A DNA stretch of 57,685 bases, counting the filler, from Nemertoderma westbladi (Eukaryota > Animalia > Xenacoelomorpha), in the NCBI GenBank assembly GCA_032718475.1. It is 2 parts of 2 records of this genome, joined end to end, with 100 filler letters (N's around TTAATTAATTAA, not from the genome) between each part and the next. Parts side by side here need not be neighbours in the genome. Positions count along the whole stretch, not along the records: positions 1 to 27,255 come from JAUCBJ010003438.1; positions 27,356 to 57,685 come from JAUCBJ010004664.1. One strand, written 5' to 3'. The position numbers and the translations under genes are program-made. The notes under the pieces are model-generated. The model saw nothing but the letters and a program-made list of their open reading frames with translations, ran no database searches and was not told the DNA's origin. Positions 23,095 through 35,289 of this stretch are shown piece after piece (the stretch's first letter is position 1; every line of letters starts with the position of its first letter).

Positions 23095-24692
23095 GGACTG
23101 ACCTAGTTGTGAAAAGTTAATTCCGAGAAAAACGCATTTGGCTCATTCCATGCAAATGTCAACCGCAGTGCCAAATAAAAGTGAATTATATTGCTTCTCA
23201 TATCAATTTTCAGAACCAATATATGATGTGGTTAACGAATAATTTAATACAAAAAACCACATCAAAATTGGTTAACTTTCTGAAATCTGGTGTTATTCGC
23301 TCTTAACTCTCAAACTGCAAAAATACAGTGAACTGAGTGCATAATATGACAACCGCGTTTTATGAGTACTTTTAGGCAGAAGGCAACGTAATAGAGTACT
23401 TTTCGAAGCAAAACAATCATATTTTCTAATGAAATCATTTGCTGTCAATTAAAACAACGTTGTGTCTAAAAATTCATTGCTCAAAGTCTACTGTACTTAC
23501 ATCATAATGTCCCGCACTTTACGCTGAACACCATATTTTGTTTGTACAAGATAGACATATTATAATAGCATGATGTTATGTCGTTTGCAAAGCACAAATA
23601 TATGTATCTTTAATCTGGAGTACTTAGTTTGTTTGTGGTATTTCGTGTTATGTGGTAAACAGGTGTCCCGCACTTTACGTAAAGTGCGGGACAAAAAGTA
23701 GAAATATGCAAAGGAAGTAGAGTAAGCGTGCACTTAGATGGAAGAACTTCAACTTTCCAAACTTAAACTTTTCAAAATAATCATAACTGACATTTAATAA
23801 CTTCATATCAATATCTGATATAATGACACTAGGAAAAAATGCATCAAGATCACATATATTTCAGTAAATATACTCAAAATTGTAATTCCTATTTTTATTA
23901 GTTTTTTCATACTCTGAATAATATTTGTAGGCCTGCCATTAACCCCTTCCTGGGTGCTGGGTGGAGCTCTGGAGCATACTGCAAAGCTCCCATATGCCAC
24001 GGCCTATTTATTAATTTATTAATGGTTTTATGGGTGCACTACAGTTCCAGGTCTAATCTGGCTATCTAATCTGTATTACATTAGGCCTACAGCGCACTTA
24101 AATGGTAATTTTACATAAGCCTAAAATAATATTGAATACACCCGCTTACCAACAGAGTGCCATCGGATCCGATCGGATCCAACACACTCCGACAGCTTCA
24201 AACAAGCACAATGCTAACCTACGGAGATTTAGTACTGTTTGATTCTGTTGGAGAAAATATTTCCAACAAGTTTTGTCTGTTGGAGCCCATCTGAATCTGT
24301 CTGAAATCCGTCTGAAAGTGTTTGAAATTTCTGTTGGATGTTGTTGGAAGCTATCTGAAGTGTCTGAAGCTGTTTGAAGTTGTCTGAATCTGTTTGAGGC
24401 CATCGGAATTTGTTGGAATTTGCCAATGCCTTACAAAAGCATAGTAGGCATACAAAATGTCAATCACTTTAACTCTCAATTTGAAGTGATTGTGCGAGGG
24501 TGTACCATTGTAAATTATAAACGGAAGATAAGATTTGTTTTACTTAATTTAATCATAACAATTTTTATTTACATAATTATATCGTTAACTATATCAATTA
24601 ATTAACTAGCAACCATAAAGGAATATTAAATTCCTATCATATAAATTCCGATAAATGAATATAATACCACCAACAAGTTTTTAATTACATAA

Positions 24693-24717
24693 AGCATACC
24701 GATCCTAGTAGTAGTAG
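24693..24717 (+). mobile_element. 25-bp, extremely 5'-truncated insertion of the LINE family seen at 4960-6796
   Basis: AGCATACCGATCCTAGTAGTAGTAG matches 6772-6796 at 23/25 and is flanked by an 11-bp TSD TAATTACATAA (24682-24692, 24718-24728). Confidence 0.85.
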
Positions 24718-26161
24718 TAATTACATAATGTGAAATGTAAATAATGCTATATAACTATATTGATTTCTTTCACGTAGGGCACTAAATGTATACTGTAAAT
24801 AAACAGATATAAACACAAACAGATTAAGCAAACAGTATAGTAATTTCAGGGAGTGAAATAAAATATTTGTGGTAAATTTTATTACTTGTGTTAATAAAAG
24901 AGCATCGAAGTAGAAAAGATTTGCATGTAATACTTCTAGCCCAACTACATATTTTCTCACGCACCTACCCCATTTGATAAAAATCCATTCACACAATCAA
25001 AAGTTATTGTAACTTTAATGTCTACAAAGGCGTATACTCCAAAACGGAATCAATATCCAATATTGGTTTATGTTGGTAAGCGGCTCTCTAGTTACGTAAT
25101 AAATATTCAAGTACATTAAAACTATTCAACATTCTCAGTAAGGCAGTTGAGTAAGGGAGTTCATAATTTGATTCGCAGTAACTATGGAAGCAATATAGAT
25201 ATCGCTTTTATCTATTATTATATAATTACGCAACTAAAAAGTACTAAAGTTAAGAATAAATTTCGTATTACATGGGAAAAAAATTGTTCAGTATTATCTC
25301 TTCCCTTTATTAACCTCTCTAGCGTTGGGTTTCAAATCGAAAAGAATGAATTTTGATTGCTTCGAAAGTCTCCTTATCTTCACAAGGGAGGGAGGACGCA
25401 GGGACGGGGTCCAACATGGTGATAGTGTGTCACATAAGAGAGGGGGGGGGGGGGGGGGGGGGGACAAAACGCGGCATGTTACACCTGAATGCTATAATAA
25501 TTCACACATGTACGTACACTATATTACCCGTAGAGTAGAACAGGATACTGTCTCTCCTGCGAAAAGCAAAATATATTTATCAGTATTTTGCTGTAACTTA
25601 AATGAATTGGTCCTTTTTCGAAGAAATCCTACATCCGAGCATTTTGGAGCTATCCCGCCACTGCTGCTTGGCTCTTTGGAAGTGTATTTCGGTAAAGCTC
25701 TCTATTGTATGGCTCTGTTTAAACCGACCCAAGACAACATTAGGATGTGAACACAGAATTCCATTGCCTATTAATTTCAATGGTAGCCAAGTTGTCTTTC
25801 TTGGGGGGTAGACCATTGGTTAGCTTTCCTTTGTGTTATACAAAGATAGCGGCAGGAATAAAGAGAAATACCGACCTCACTAATGGCGCTGTTCCCTCAG
25901 GTCGGCTTAAGGTACAGTTGGGTTGTAGGTACTACAGTTTGAATGTTCAAGGGCGCCAGTCCCCAGCCCAGTCTGTATCCTAGTGCCCAGGATGATGGGA
26001 GTTGAGTTGGAGTTGAGCGTGGGTGGAGTGATTGACAAGTTGTTATATAAGGATATATAATCCTAAGTAAATATTAAAATGTAGTGACGTTTACTTAGGG
26101 TTTATCTCAATGCAATAATTGTAATGTCTATTCATTAGCCGGCAGGTTGTTCCGTAGCTTA

Positions 26162-26569
26162 GAGCCATATGATGATAAAACACCGCAAGTCACGTGGTAA
26201 AATTTCTATTTTGAATTTCGCGCCTTTTCTTCTAATAGTAAAAAACCGCAAGTCAAAAGACACATATTTCAATAAAACCGTATGTGCGTTTTCTTATTAT
26301 CTATGCAATGACAAAACACCGCAAGTCTTGCGACTTACGGTTTTTTGCATAAATTTAAGTAGTTGCGGTCTTTTGTATTGCACTTACGGTCTTTTACCAT
26401 TGTAACATATACATGTGTTGTGACTTACGGCCTTTCTACATTGCATATCTCGAGAACTAGAGTAGATACGGTGTTCTCGATTATACCATTAGATAGAGCG
26501 CATTTTTAGACCGTGAAAAAGTGAATTTTCGAAAAATGTCACTTACGGTCTTTTTACATTGCACGGCAG
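26162..26569. mobile_element. Degenerate TIR element with internal CCGCAAGT/ACTTACGG motif repeats
   Basis: gagccatatgatgataaaacaccgcaagtcac vs right reverse complement ctgccgtgcaatgtaaaaagaccgtaagtgac; no TSD seen. Confidence 0.35.
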
Positions 26570-26571
26570 AG

Positions 26572-26900
26572 CTGTTGGTTACTGACACCGCTGCTGCTAG
26601 TACCCGCTAACGTTTCTGAAGAACTATATAATAAATCACATAAATCTACTAGAAAATGAGTTTTGGTGTACTTAAGTGGAGATTCCATTGCCTTGGTGGA
26701 AAAATGAGAAGAATGAGTCCTGAGCGTGTATGTCGCATCATTGCTTCATGTGCGATTTTGCACAACGTTGTCTCTATGTGCGGCGAGCCTTTCCTCCTGA
26801 CAATGGTGAAAAATTACAAGGAGTAAACGACGTCAATGAGGATTTTAAAGGCCCACAGGATGGGGTTTTGTTTCGTCAGCATTTTATTTCGAAATACTTT
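26572..26900 (+). pseudogene. PIF/Harbinger transposase C-terminal fragment
   Basis: WLLTPLL..EELYNKSHKSTR / MSFGVLKWRFHCLGGKMRRMSPERVCRIIASCAILHNV..DGVLFRQHFISKYF. Confidence 0.8.
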
Positions 26901-27255
26901 AGGGGTCATCCATAAAAGACGTCCGAGAAAATCCCGAATTTTTGGACCCCCCCCCCCCCCCCCCCCCCCTCCCCCCTGTCCGTAAATGTCAGGATTTGGC
27001 CGGTTTTACAGTATATGTATATATCCTAGTTGTTTGAAACTGTCTGAATTTGTTTGAAGTTGTCTGAATCTGTTTGAAGTTGTTGGATTGTTTGAAACTG
27101 TCTGAATTTGTTTGAAGTTGTCTGAATCTGTTTGAAGTTGTTGGACTGTTGGAGTTTGTCTGAAAGTGTTTGAAGCTGTTGGATCCGATCGGTTCAGATC
27201 GGATCCGATGGCATTCTGTTGGTGAGCGGGACTGTAATACAGCAAGTAGGAGCCA

Positions 27256-27355
27256 NNNNNNNNNNNNNNNNNNNNNNNNNNNNNNNNNNNNNNNNNNNNT
27301 TAATTAATTAANNNNNNNNNNNNNNNNNNNNNNNNNNNNNNNNNNNNNNNNNNNN
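27256..27355. other. Assembly gap with artificial six-frame-stop linker
   Basis: 44 N + TTAATTAATTAA (27300-27311) + 44 N = exactly 100 bp. Confidence 0.95.
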
Positions 27356-28175
27356 CAATAACAATGTTATTTTATATTGTTTTACTTTATAAACGTTTTT
27401 AAAACCCAAATAATTGATTGATGGTGGGGGGGGGGGGGGGGGTCGTTAAACTGCAGACATTATCTACTATGGGGTTACCCCCTTAAATTTCGAAAGTGGC
27501 CAAAAGTAATTTACTAATGTAATGGGATAATTTTTGGAATAGTTTTGAAAATTGTTAACCCTGTAAGATCATATAAGATCATGTAATATGAGTAAAATCA
27601 TAAAAAATATATAAAATTTTGATGAAATTCAAACCATATCTCTGGACTGGCTGACTGGACGGAGCTATTGAGATGCAGTTTTTTAATTGTTTTATAATAT
27701 AGCGATAGGTAAAAGCTAGAAGGTGCGTTTGTTTCAATTTTAATATTTTGTAAATACAACAGAATTAAGAGAATATATGGTGTTTTGGATTCTTTCCTTA
27801 TGTCATAACGAACGAATCACTTTTCCAAATCATGTGTTTTCTAATTTATAATAATAAATCTGACCGCTACCTATTTAATAAGGAGCCTCTAAGAAGGGGC
27901 TCCGGGGAATAATAACATAATCCTCGAAACGAAATAAACTTTCAAAGAAGAAATATAAAATGACCCCCATATAGTAATTGTTTATTAAAATATTATCAGA
28001 AACTAAAGCAAAATTATTTTAATTGCTTAATCAAAAACCTTTTTAAGACAATCCAATAAAGCCAATATTGAGATATAGGCCTATAATTACTTGACTTGGG
28101 CGAGTTACTTATTGCATTAATTTAATAACCGTTGAGGACAATACATTTATACCACGACCATATATCGAAAATTAA

Positions 28176-29090
28176 TTAATTATACCAATCCAAAAAGAGC
28201 AATGTGGTGCTGAGCACAATAAGTATAAATATCAACCAAAACCTAAAGCGGGAACTAGTCACTGTGCTCTGTCGTATGATGTTCGAAGCGTCCTTAATGT
28301 TCTCTGTCGTACCAATAACAACGGTGTTAACATTACCAATTTCCTGGTCTTGTTGCAAAACTTTATTCGCGAAAATCTCTTGTAGACGCGAAATTTCAAC
28401 AACTTTACCTTCTATTTGTTTAACTTCGTCCGACATAGAGTTCATTTCTCGAAATAATTTTTGGTTTTCCTCCTCAAACATCATAATTTCCTCCATAGAA
28501 AGTTCCTCCATACTCATATCTTCAGTTTCCGTGGAATCAAGGAATTCAACAGTTCTAGAACTCGATTTCCTACGGCTCTCAATCCGTTTAGATTCCGGTT
28601 CGATGTAAGACAATTTTTTTCTATCAATAATTCGTTTCACCCTAATAGCCCGCTGTTCGCTGTACAGATTACATACACTCACTAGATAATTGTTTAACAC
28701 CTCAATGACACACATTTTATTATCTGTCATTTGTTTCGAACAGGGCGGAGAATCTATTGTCGAACTTAATTGGCTGATCGCCGATCTGCAGTTCCTCATA
28801 TAGTTACCGGCGTCGATGTCGATTTTATCGCGGTCGCTGTCCGTTATCCCGCCAGACTCATCTGTCTCTTTGATAATCCCAATATAATCCTTACGATTCT
28901 TGAGCAGAAAAAGTCGGAGTTTCGTTATATTTGCGAGAATTTCCTTGGATCGTTTAGCGAATTCGGTTTTTTTGCGACTTCGCATCGCGATACCACCGGT
29001 GACAGTAGAACCTGAATCTACACCAATAACTTTATTTCTAGTTTTCACGGTTTTAACTGTGGCTCTGAATACTTCGGTTCTGTCCGCCAT
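28176..29090 (-). CDS. STX18: Syntaxin-18 (single-ORF CDS)
   Basis: 304 aa; MADRTEVFRATVKTVKTRNK N-terminus, ITKLRLFLLKNRKDY, YSEQRAIRVKRIIDRKKLS, SNARE motif EVKQIEGKVVEISRLQEIF, C-terminal TM helix ending LLFLDWYN. Confidence 0.93.
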   Translation of the reverse strand: MADRTEVFRATVKTVKTRNKVIGVDSGSTVTGGIAMRSRKKTEFAKRSKEILANITKLRLFLLKNRKDYIGIIKETDESGGITDSDRDKIDIDAGNYMRNCRSAISQLSSTIDSPPCSKQMTDNKMCVIEVLNNYLVSVCNLYSEQRAIRVKRIIDRKKLSYIEPESKRIESRRKSSSRTVEFLDSTETEDMSMEELSMEEIMMFEEENQKLFREMNSMSDEVKQIEGKVVEISRLQEIFANKVLQQDQEIGNVNTVVIGTTENIKDASNIIRQSTVTSSRFRFWLIFILIVLSTTLLFLDWYN

Positions 29091-29333
29091 GATTCCGCAC
29101 TTTCAGACTTTTAAATACGTAGGTACCAATCGCAACCGCAGTACCGGTATCAGGCACTGCCAGGGTACCGGTACGGTAGATACAGAGATAAGATACGTAG
29201 ATCAGTAGTTATTGTTATTACTGTATTATATTACTGTATTACGGACCGGTTAAGGTGCAGTGGTGTTTAGACGGACCGGTTATTACAGTATTACAGTACC
29301 GGTACAGCACAAGCCACTGGTACTTAGATCGTG

Positions 29334-31250
29334 GCTTTTCCAGTTAACATTATTCCATTTTGTATAAAACAAGTACTGAAGTAGGCCTAATGTGGTTGGA
29401 GAAAGCTGCTAGGGGCAGAGGGGCTGCTACTAAGCAGCAACCAATCACGTTAATCCTGTTTAACACAGAGGCAATGAGAATGGAATATTGCTAACATGAA
29501 AAAGTTCAGGTTAACATTATTCCATATCTCAGTATCTGTATTCACTATTCTATTAGGCCCTACCCCTACCCTTGAGACTGGCCTTTTCTGTTTCATTAGC
29601 CTATAGAACCTGACAACAGTTATACCAGTATGCCGAAAGCAGTCAGGCGTCATGCAGAACAGTAGGTACATACATCAAAGCAAATTATTAAGATATAGGC
29701 CTATCGCTATCATTGTAGTTACAGTACATGGGAGCAGTAATGGGACGATTAAAAAAAGTAGTGGAATGTAATTTATCTGTTTATGCGATAAGAAGTACAC
29801 AACAACCTTGGCTCTCTTAAAAACCTGCATCTAGTTTCTGTACAAACCGGAATGAAAATATTTCAAATGAAGATTTTCCCAATGACATCGTACGCAATAT
29901 CCGAATTTGGTCCCCTGCTTACACTGCCCCAACTAAAGGAAATCGACAAAATAAAATCTACATTTATAAAACGGTTACTCGGCCTACACATCTCCTCATC
30001 CTCCACGCTCGCTTTGAAATTAATCAACGAAGAAACCTTAACTAATGACATTGTTCTTAAATTCCCAGGCATATTTAACTCAGCAATTCTAGAACAGTAC
30101 AACACACTTTCAGAAACGATCGCAATGCAAATTTCAATGCAGAACAATACCAGCTGGGCCCTGCGTTCCAATCATCTAGCTGGAAACGCAGCGGCCAACG
30201 ACACCGTCACCTAGCAACAAGAACCACATCACACGGGTTTCATTTCAAGCTGTGTGAAAATAAATCCTACCACGATCCATGTATTGACTGTATATGTCTT
30301 TTCTGTCTGCAACCCGCAAAGAACCGATACCATGCCCTAGTCTGCGACAAATGCCCAACAATATCCACCTTATCCTCTCAATAACTAATTACTTTAGACC
30401 ATATATTAATATTTTAATAATTTATAAATTTTAGATTCCGTGCAATTTAATATATAATTACTTAGGTTTTTACCATTTACCCCGACTGGGGGGTGTCCAG
30501 ACTAATTAATAACAACCTCTGCGTTATCGAGACACAAACAAAAAATTGATAAAAGGAGAACCGACAGCGAAACTAAACCATTTCCACGTTGTCCAGCCTG
30601 TCAGCACTTCTTTTTGCTACTCGCATGTTGGGAATGCTACAGACAGACCTTGGACCAATTGAATGGATATGATGTAGCGTTTGCACGGGTGTAAACACTA
30701 CGCCGACAACCGTCAACCACCAGACTACATGGACTACTGCCCAACAACAGCAAATATGAATGTGTAACCTGAGTTCGTAACTCTCGTTTGTTTTGTCTAA
30801 GTTAGATAGTTAGACTAACCTTCCTGCACTGTAACCTGTTCCTTTCCCTCAATTAATAAATAACATTTAATTAATTGGCTTTAATAATGGTTGTCGGCGT
30901 TGGCTGTCAGTTGTCGGCGTTACGGAGTTTCATTTCCTTACACCCCGTTTGGACGAAGTGGTTGGTATCATAAAAGTTGTGTGAATAAAACGCAACACAA
31001 TATGTGAGACCTGTCTGCCTGTATTTTGCCCACATTGAATACGGTATACTACGTGGCAAGTACCTCAATGAGATATTGTATAAGTACAGTATGTTTATTA
31101 CTAGGCCTAAACCTAGACTTAACTATGGCCTATATATAAATATTTCATTTACAGTTTACATCATTGTAATCCTATCTGCCTATTGTACCATATAATATTC
31201 TATGGCATACTCGAATACTAACTGAATGGAATAATGTTAACTGGAAAAGC
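29334..31250. repeat. 26-bp perfect inverted repeat pair about 1.9 kb apart (possible TIR element)
   Basis: GCTTTTCCAGTTAACATTATTCCATT at 29334-29359 and its reverse complement at 31225-31250; no TSD evident. Confidence 0.5.
29790..30385 (+). mobile_element. Non-LTR retrotransposon ORF2 C-terminal fragment
   Basis: MKIFPMTSYAI..LKEIDKIKSTFIKRLLGL (post-RT region), then frameshifted HGFHFKLC..CICLFC..RYHALVC Cys/His motif. Confidence 0.55.
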
Positions 31251-31307
31251 ATTAGGAAAAGTATTACACCTATCTGCCTATCAGCCTACCCGGATACTGC
31301 ATGTACT

Positions 31308-31908
31308 GTATGATCATAGATCGATACCTTTTCTTACTGGTGGCCTGGGCGGATTTCCATACAACAATCCCTTAAAAAAATTTATACTTAGCAATGTTTA
31401 ATCACCTCCGTAGACTTTATTTTACGTCTTTGAAATGTAATCTAGATCATTCGAAGCGCCTTCGTCTGTAGATTCCGAATCTGAAAACCGTTTAAATTTA
31501 ACCAAAAATTGGTAAAGATATTATCAAAATACTAATGTGTAAATTCATAGGCGTAAATCTAGAATATTAGTTATTATTTAGCTGAGCGTTTAAAACTCTC
31601 CATCTTGTTTTTTCATTACCCATAATTAATATTCTAAAATTGAGTTTAAAAAAACGATGAAGGCGGTTCTTCTGTTCTTTCTAATGATATCTGGATTTCA
31701 TTCCAAGGACGAAAAATAAAGCTGACAGAGGTGGCTAATTGCGAAATAGACGATATTTAACGGCTTGTTGTATCGAAATTGCTCAAAAATTAAAAAATCC
31801 GGCCAGGCCACCAGTAAGAAAAGGTGTCAATCTATCATCATACCAAATTTCGTAGCATTTTATTGAAAAAAATTAGGGGGGGGGGGGGGGGGGGCTCCGG
31901 CCCCTTAA
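31308..31908. mobile_element. Long-IR element remnant; right end ..CCCC|TTAA (Kolobok-like)
   Basis: About 48-bp inverted repeat ..ACCTTTTCTTACTGGTGGCCTGG.CGGATTT at 31308-31356 and about 31795-31843; left terminus missing. Confidence 0.45.
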
Positions 31909-33354
31909 AAATGGTTGTTGTATTTTGTATTAAGGGTTATGTTATGCTGTATGTAGATCAGTATATTACACATCCACCCACACTACTACACTGTACTACA
32001 CCCCACAGTACTACGTACTGACGTACTAGGCCCTACTACCTACAGCAGTACAGTACAGTTGTTGTAGGCCGCCTACATAAAGCTATAGCTGGACATAGTC
32101 CTGTAGTCACCCAGTGTATTGTTTTTTAATTACGGGTATATATTTTTCGAAGCATTAGGTCCAGTGGCGTTAAGGCCGAATATCCTTTTGATATGTTTTA
32201 ATTTAATATTATTTTTTTGCAGATAACGTGGATGTTTAGCAAAATATATTATCGAAATGGAACGGTTAAAAAGTCTTCCAGAAAGTCTCACCGGTAGGTA
32301 AATACAATACACCACACCATTTATATAGAAATATATAGCAATATTGTTAATCATGGTAAATAATAATCATTATGTAATATATTTTAAATATTGTTAATCT
32401 GATAATCGTAGATCATCAGCTACTGTAATATAGACAACATAATTGTGGGGGGGGGGGGGGGGGGCTCTAAAACACAGGCATACAAATCACCAACTGCAGA
32501 CCGAAGCAGTAGCCTACATTCTAAACATATTTCGTCAGGGAGTAGGCCTACAGTATAAGATCAGTTGAGTTACCGGGAGATGATGACATACTATGCACAT
32601 CACATTAAACAACTGACCCCGATAGTACGACAGGAGTACGCTGCGATGATTACCAATAACGGGAAGTTATATTTATAAGATTTTTATGCCAATTAAGTTT
32701 TATTCGAGGATAATTGTTCTCCCTTCCTTAATGTAACTAGAGAAACCCGAGTAACTGAACTGGGTGGGAGGGGAGGGGATGAAATAATACGCCCGAGCGA
32801 ACACGATGGATCTGTTAACCGAACTGAGCGATGAGTTATGGGAGTATTATCTGCGAATAATCATTAATGACGAGAGGAGAGGATTACCTTTTCTTATAAT
32901 TAAATATTTCCAATTTCGAACAAAAATTTTATGCTCCAAGTCATAATTATAAAACTTTAAGTAAATAATGTAGTTATTTATTTTAATGCTATATAGTTAG
33001 TTATACAGTAGTTAATTAATTAAATATTTTTAACTAAATATCACTTTGCATGATTAATATACGAGTACAGTAGTTGGTAGTTGTAAAAACTTACCGCTAC
33101 CTTAAACAGGTTATTTCATGACGAAAGGAAAACTCCCCCATGTGGGCTCAAACCTCGCTAGTCGATTTGACATTATTTTCCAGGTTGCTGATCAATAACC
33201 TTAAGGCCTACAGTACAGTAGCCTCCTAGAGCTCGAAATCCTCGGGGTTCCATTGTGCTGTACGAGACCGACAGTACTGTATTAATAATGTTACGTACAC
33301 CCTGTAGTTAGCACTTAACAGTTCCGGTTTCAATACTTTCCTTTATTGTTACAG

Positions 33355-33478
33355 GGTTCTGGGTGATCTTGCCGCTGATGTCAACCTCCAGAATAAGTTG
33401 AACTTAGAAAGAAAATCGTTGATTGTTAGACGCCAAAGGTGGACCGATTCGGTGGATGCACCAAAATTACTGAAACTG
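33355..33478 (+). CDS. Possible upstream exon of the IPT-domain gene
   Basis: TTACAG| ... CTG|GTAGGT, open frame, phase-compatible with the next exon, but the peptide is not recognisable. Confidence 0.35.
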
Positions 33479-33663
33479 GTAGGTAGTCTGAAAAATAACC
33501 TAACTAAATAACAGATAAATCAGGCATTATAATATTTCCTAAGAGTTACAGTATCCTTAAAGTATATAAAACCTTAGGCCTACCCACCCAGTATACCAGT
33601 ATACCCTACCCAGTAGCCTACCTAGCTATACTCTTAGTAATAAGCGGCTTTTTCATAATCCAG

Positions 33664-33962
33664 GAAGCGAAAATAACAAAAATTACACCTTTATTTGGCG
33701 CTGAATCCGGTGGAACTAATTTACGTATCCATGGCAACGGTCTCAACTCATCCAGGGTAGATATCGCCGGGTATGAATGTCGTATAGTGGATCAGAAGGA
33801 GTCTGGGATACATTGCGTGACGTCATCAGCTCCTTCCGTTACTAGGAGCAACGTGTCCGTGCTGTTGGTGGACAATGTGACGTCACTACAAAGCGTGGAT
33901 GAATTCCAATACAGAACCGATCCCATCGTGGCGAATGTCGCTCCTCTACTGAGCATGAAAAG
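33664..33962 (+). CDS. Plexin/MET-RON-family receptor, IPT/TIG-domain exon
   Basis: CCAG|GAA..AG|GTAAAG; EAKITKITPLFGAESGGTNLRIHGNGL..C..IHCVTS..FQYRTDPIVANVAPLLSMK. Missed by the ORF track. Confidence 0.88.
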
Positions 33963-34235
33963 GTAAAGTAAATCTAGTCTAGCCTACTAAATCAAGCCCT
34001 ACTTCGATAATTTTAAATATTTGGTTATTTTCACCGATCCTATTGAGCTTCAGGAAATGAATGATATACATTAGTTTATTTCGCAATTTCGTGGGCTCTT
34101 ACAGTATTACCGTATATTGTAATACAGTAAGTTGTTCAGAAATGGAACAAATGAGAAATCGCGTCACAGGGGGTTGAACCAGCGCTTACAGTATTATACA
34201 TATAACTATCTTATGTTTTATGATTGATTCCGCAG

Positions 34236-34452
34236 TGGCGGGATTAACATAACGGTTTCTGGGCGCCATCTAGACTCTGTTTACGCACCGAGGATTCGGG
34301 TTTCATTAACCGACAGTACCGGTAGTACTTCCAGCGCTATCGCCCATTACGAAGGGCCGTGTTTCCCCGTCGTGCGACCCGATAAACTCATCTGTAGATC
34401 CCCCAATGTCGCTAACAGTTATACAACGTCTTCCAGACAACAAGAGTTCCGG
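34236..34452 (+). CDS. Plexin/MET-RON-family receptor, IPT exon
   Basis: GCAG|T completes Ser; SGGINITVSGRHLDSVYAPRIRV..C..LICRSP..; ends CGG|GTTAGT, phase 0. Confidence 0.88.
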
Positions 34453-35289
34453 GTTAGTTTTTGTATCTCTGCACTGTAATACTGTATAGTCTGGTTGAAA
34501 TTGAATTGAACCTTACACGAACATGGGGTACACAGACTTCACACAGAACGCTCCACCGCTTACGCCAGATAACTTAGTGATAAAAGCGGGTCACTCTAAT
34601 TTTAGGACACTTCCGAGTTATTTATTCTAGACATCCTGGAGACAGATGTGCTTGTTAAATTTAGTTCTAAATAAATTATCATAGTGAAAAAAAGCCTTAC
34701 CTTTATTCTATTACTCATGGCATTTTCTGTGTTTGACCCGAAAATGTAGCATATTTTCTAATTGGTTATTTATATTATCTCGACCCTCCCAAAGTGTACA
34801 TAAAATATGTTGTTGGATTTGAGACCTCCCTAGCGAGAATATAAAATTTATATTTCGATTTGTGAGTTTGATCGAGGTTCATGGTTAACCAATCAGAGCA
34901 TCCCATTGCTAGACCCCCTGGCCCTGATATTAATAATTTGCGAATCACCTTAGGCCTGCCTACTATAGATTTAGGGTTATAGAATAGATCACCCGTGTAG
35001 AAAAAATTGGGCAAATCGTTACAGCCGTTTTGGATTTGTTCACTCAATCATACAGATCACTCACTCAATTACACAGTGCTGACTTGTGTCAGCAAGCAAC
35101 CTGCTCTTCCTAATTAAACAGGTTTCAAACATCTGATCAACATTATAGTTACAGTACTTACACAACTCCATGTCGACTGACATATTTTTATCACTTCTCA
35201 TACCAGTAGCTATTACACATCGGCTGACGATATACTGTATGCTGGACTTCAACTACATGTACTGTATATTCGGTATCTACTGTACTATG

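Larger units (their letters stand above)
24141..27230. mobile_element. CCC-terminal (EnSpm-like) element ends with 10-mer subterminal repeats
   Basis: Left CCCGCTTACCAACAGAGTGCCATCGGATCCGATC; right reverse complement CCCGCTCACCAACAGAATGCCATCGGATCCGATC. TGTTTGAAGT/TGTCTGAATC arrays at about 24270-24420 and 27030-27180. Flanks CA vs AC do not form a TSD. Confidence 0.55.

Noticed and set aside
27300-27311. TTAATTAATTAA as a biological motif
   Set aside because: It is centred in a 100-bp N gap and is an artificial scaffolding linker.
30520-30865. Solo LTR
   Set aside because: It ends in AATAAATAACA, but no convincing TG start, TSD or partner LTR was found.
34160-34190. tRNA/SINE B-box-like sequence on the minus strand
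   Set aside because: No A-box or cloverleaf could be built; too short to support.
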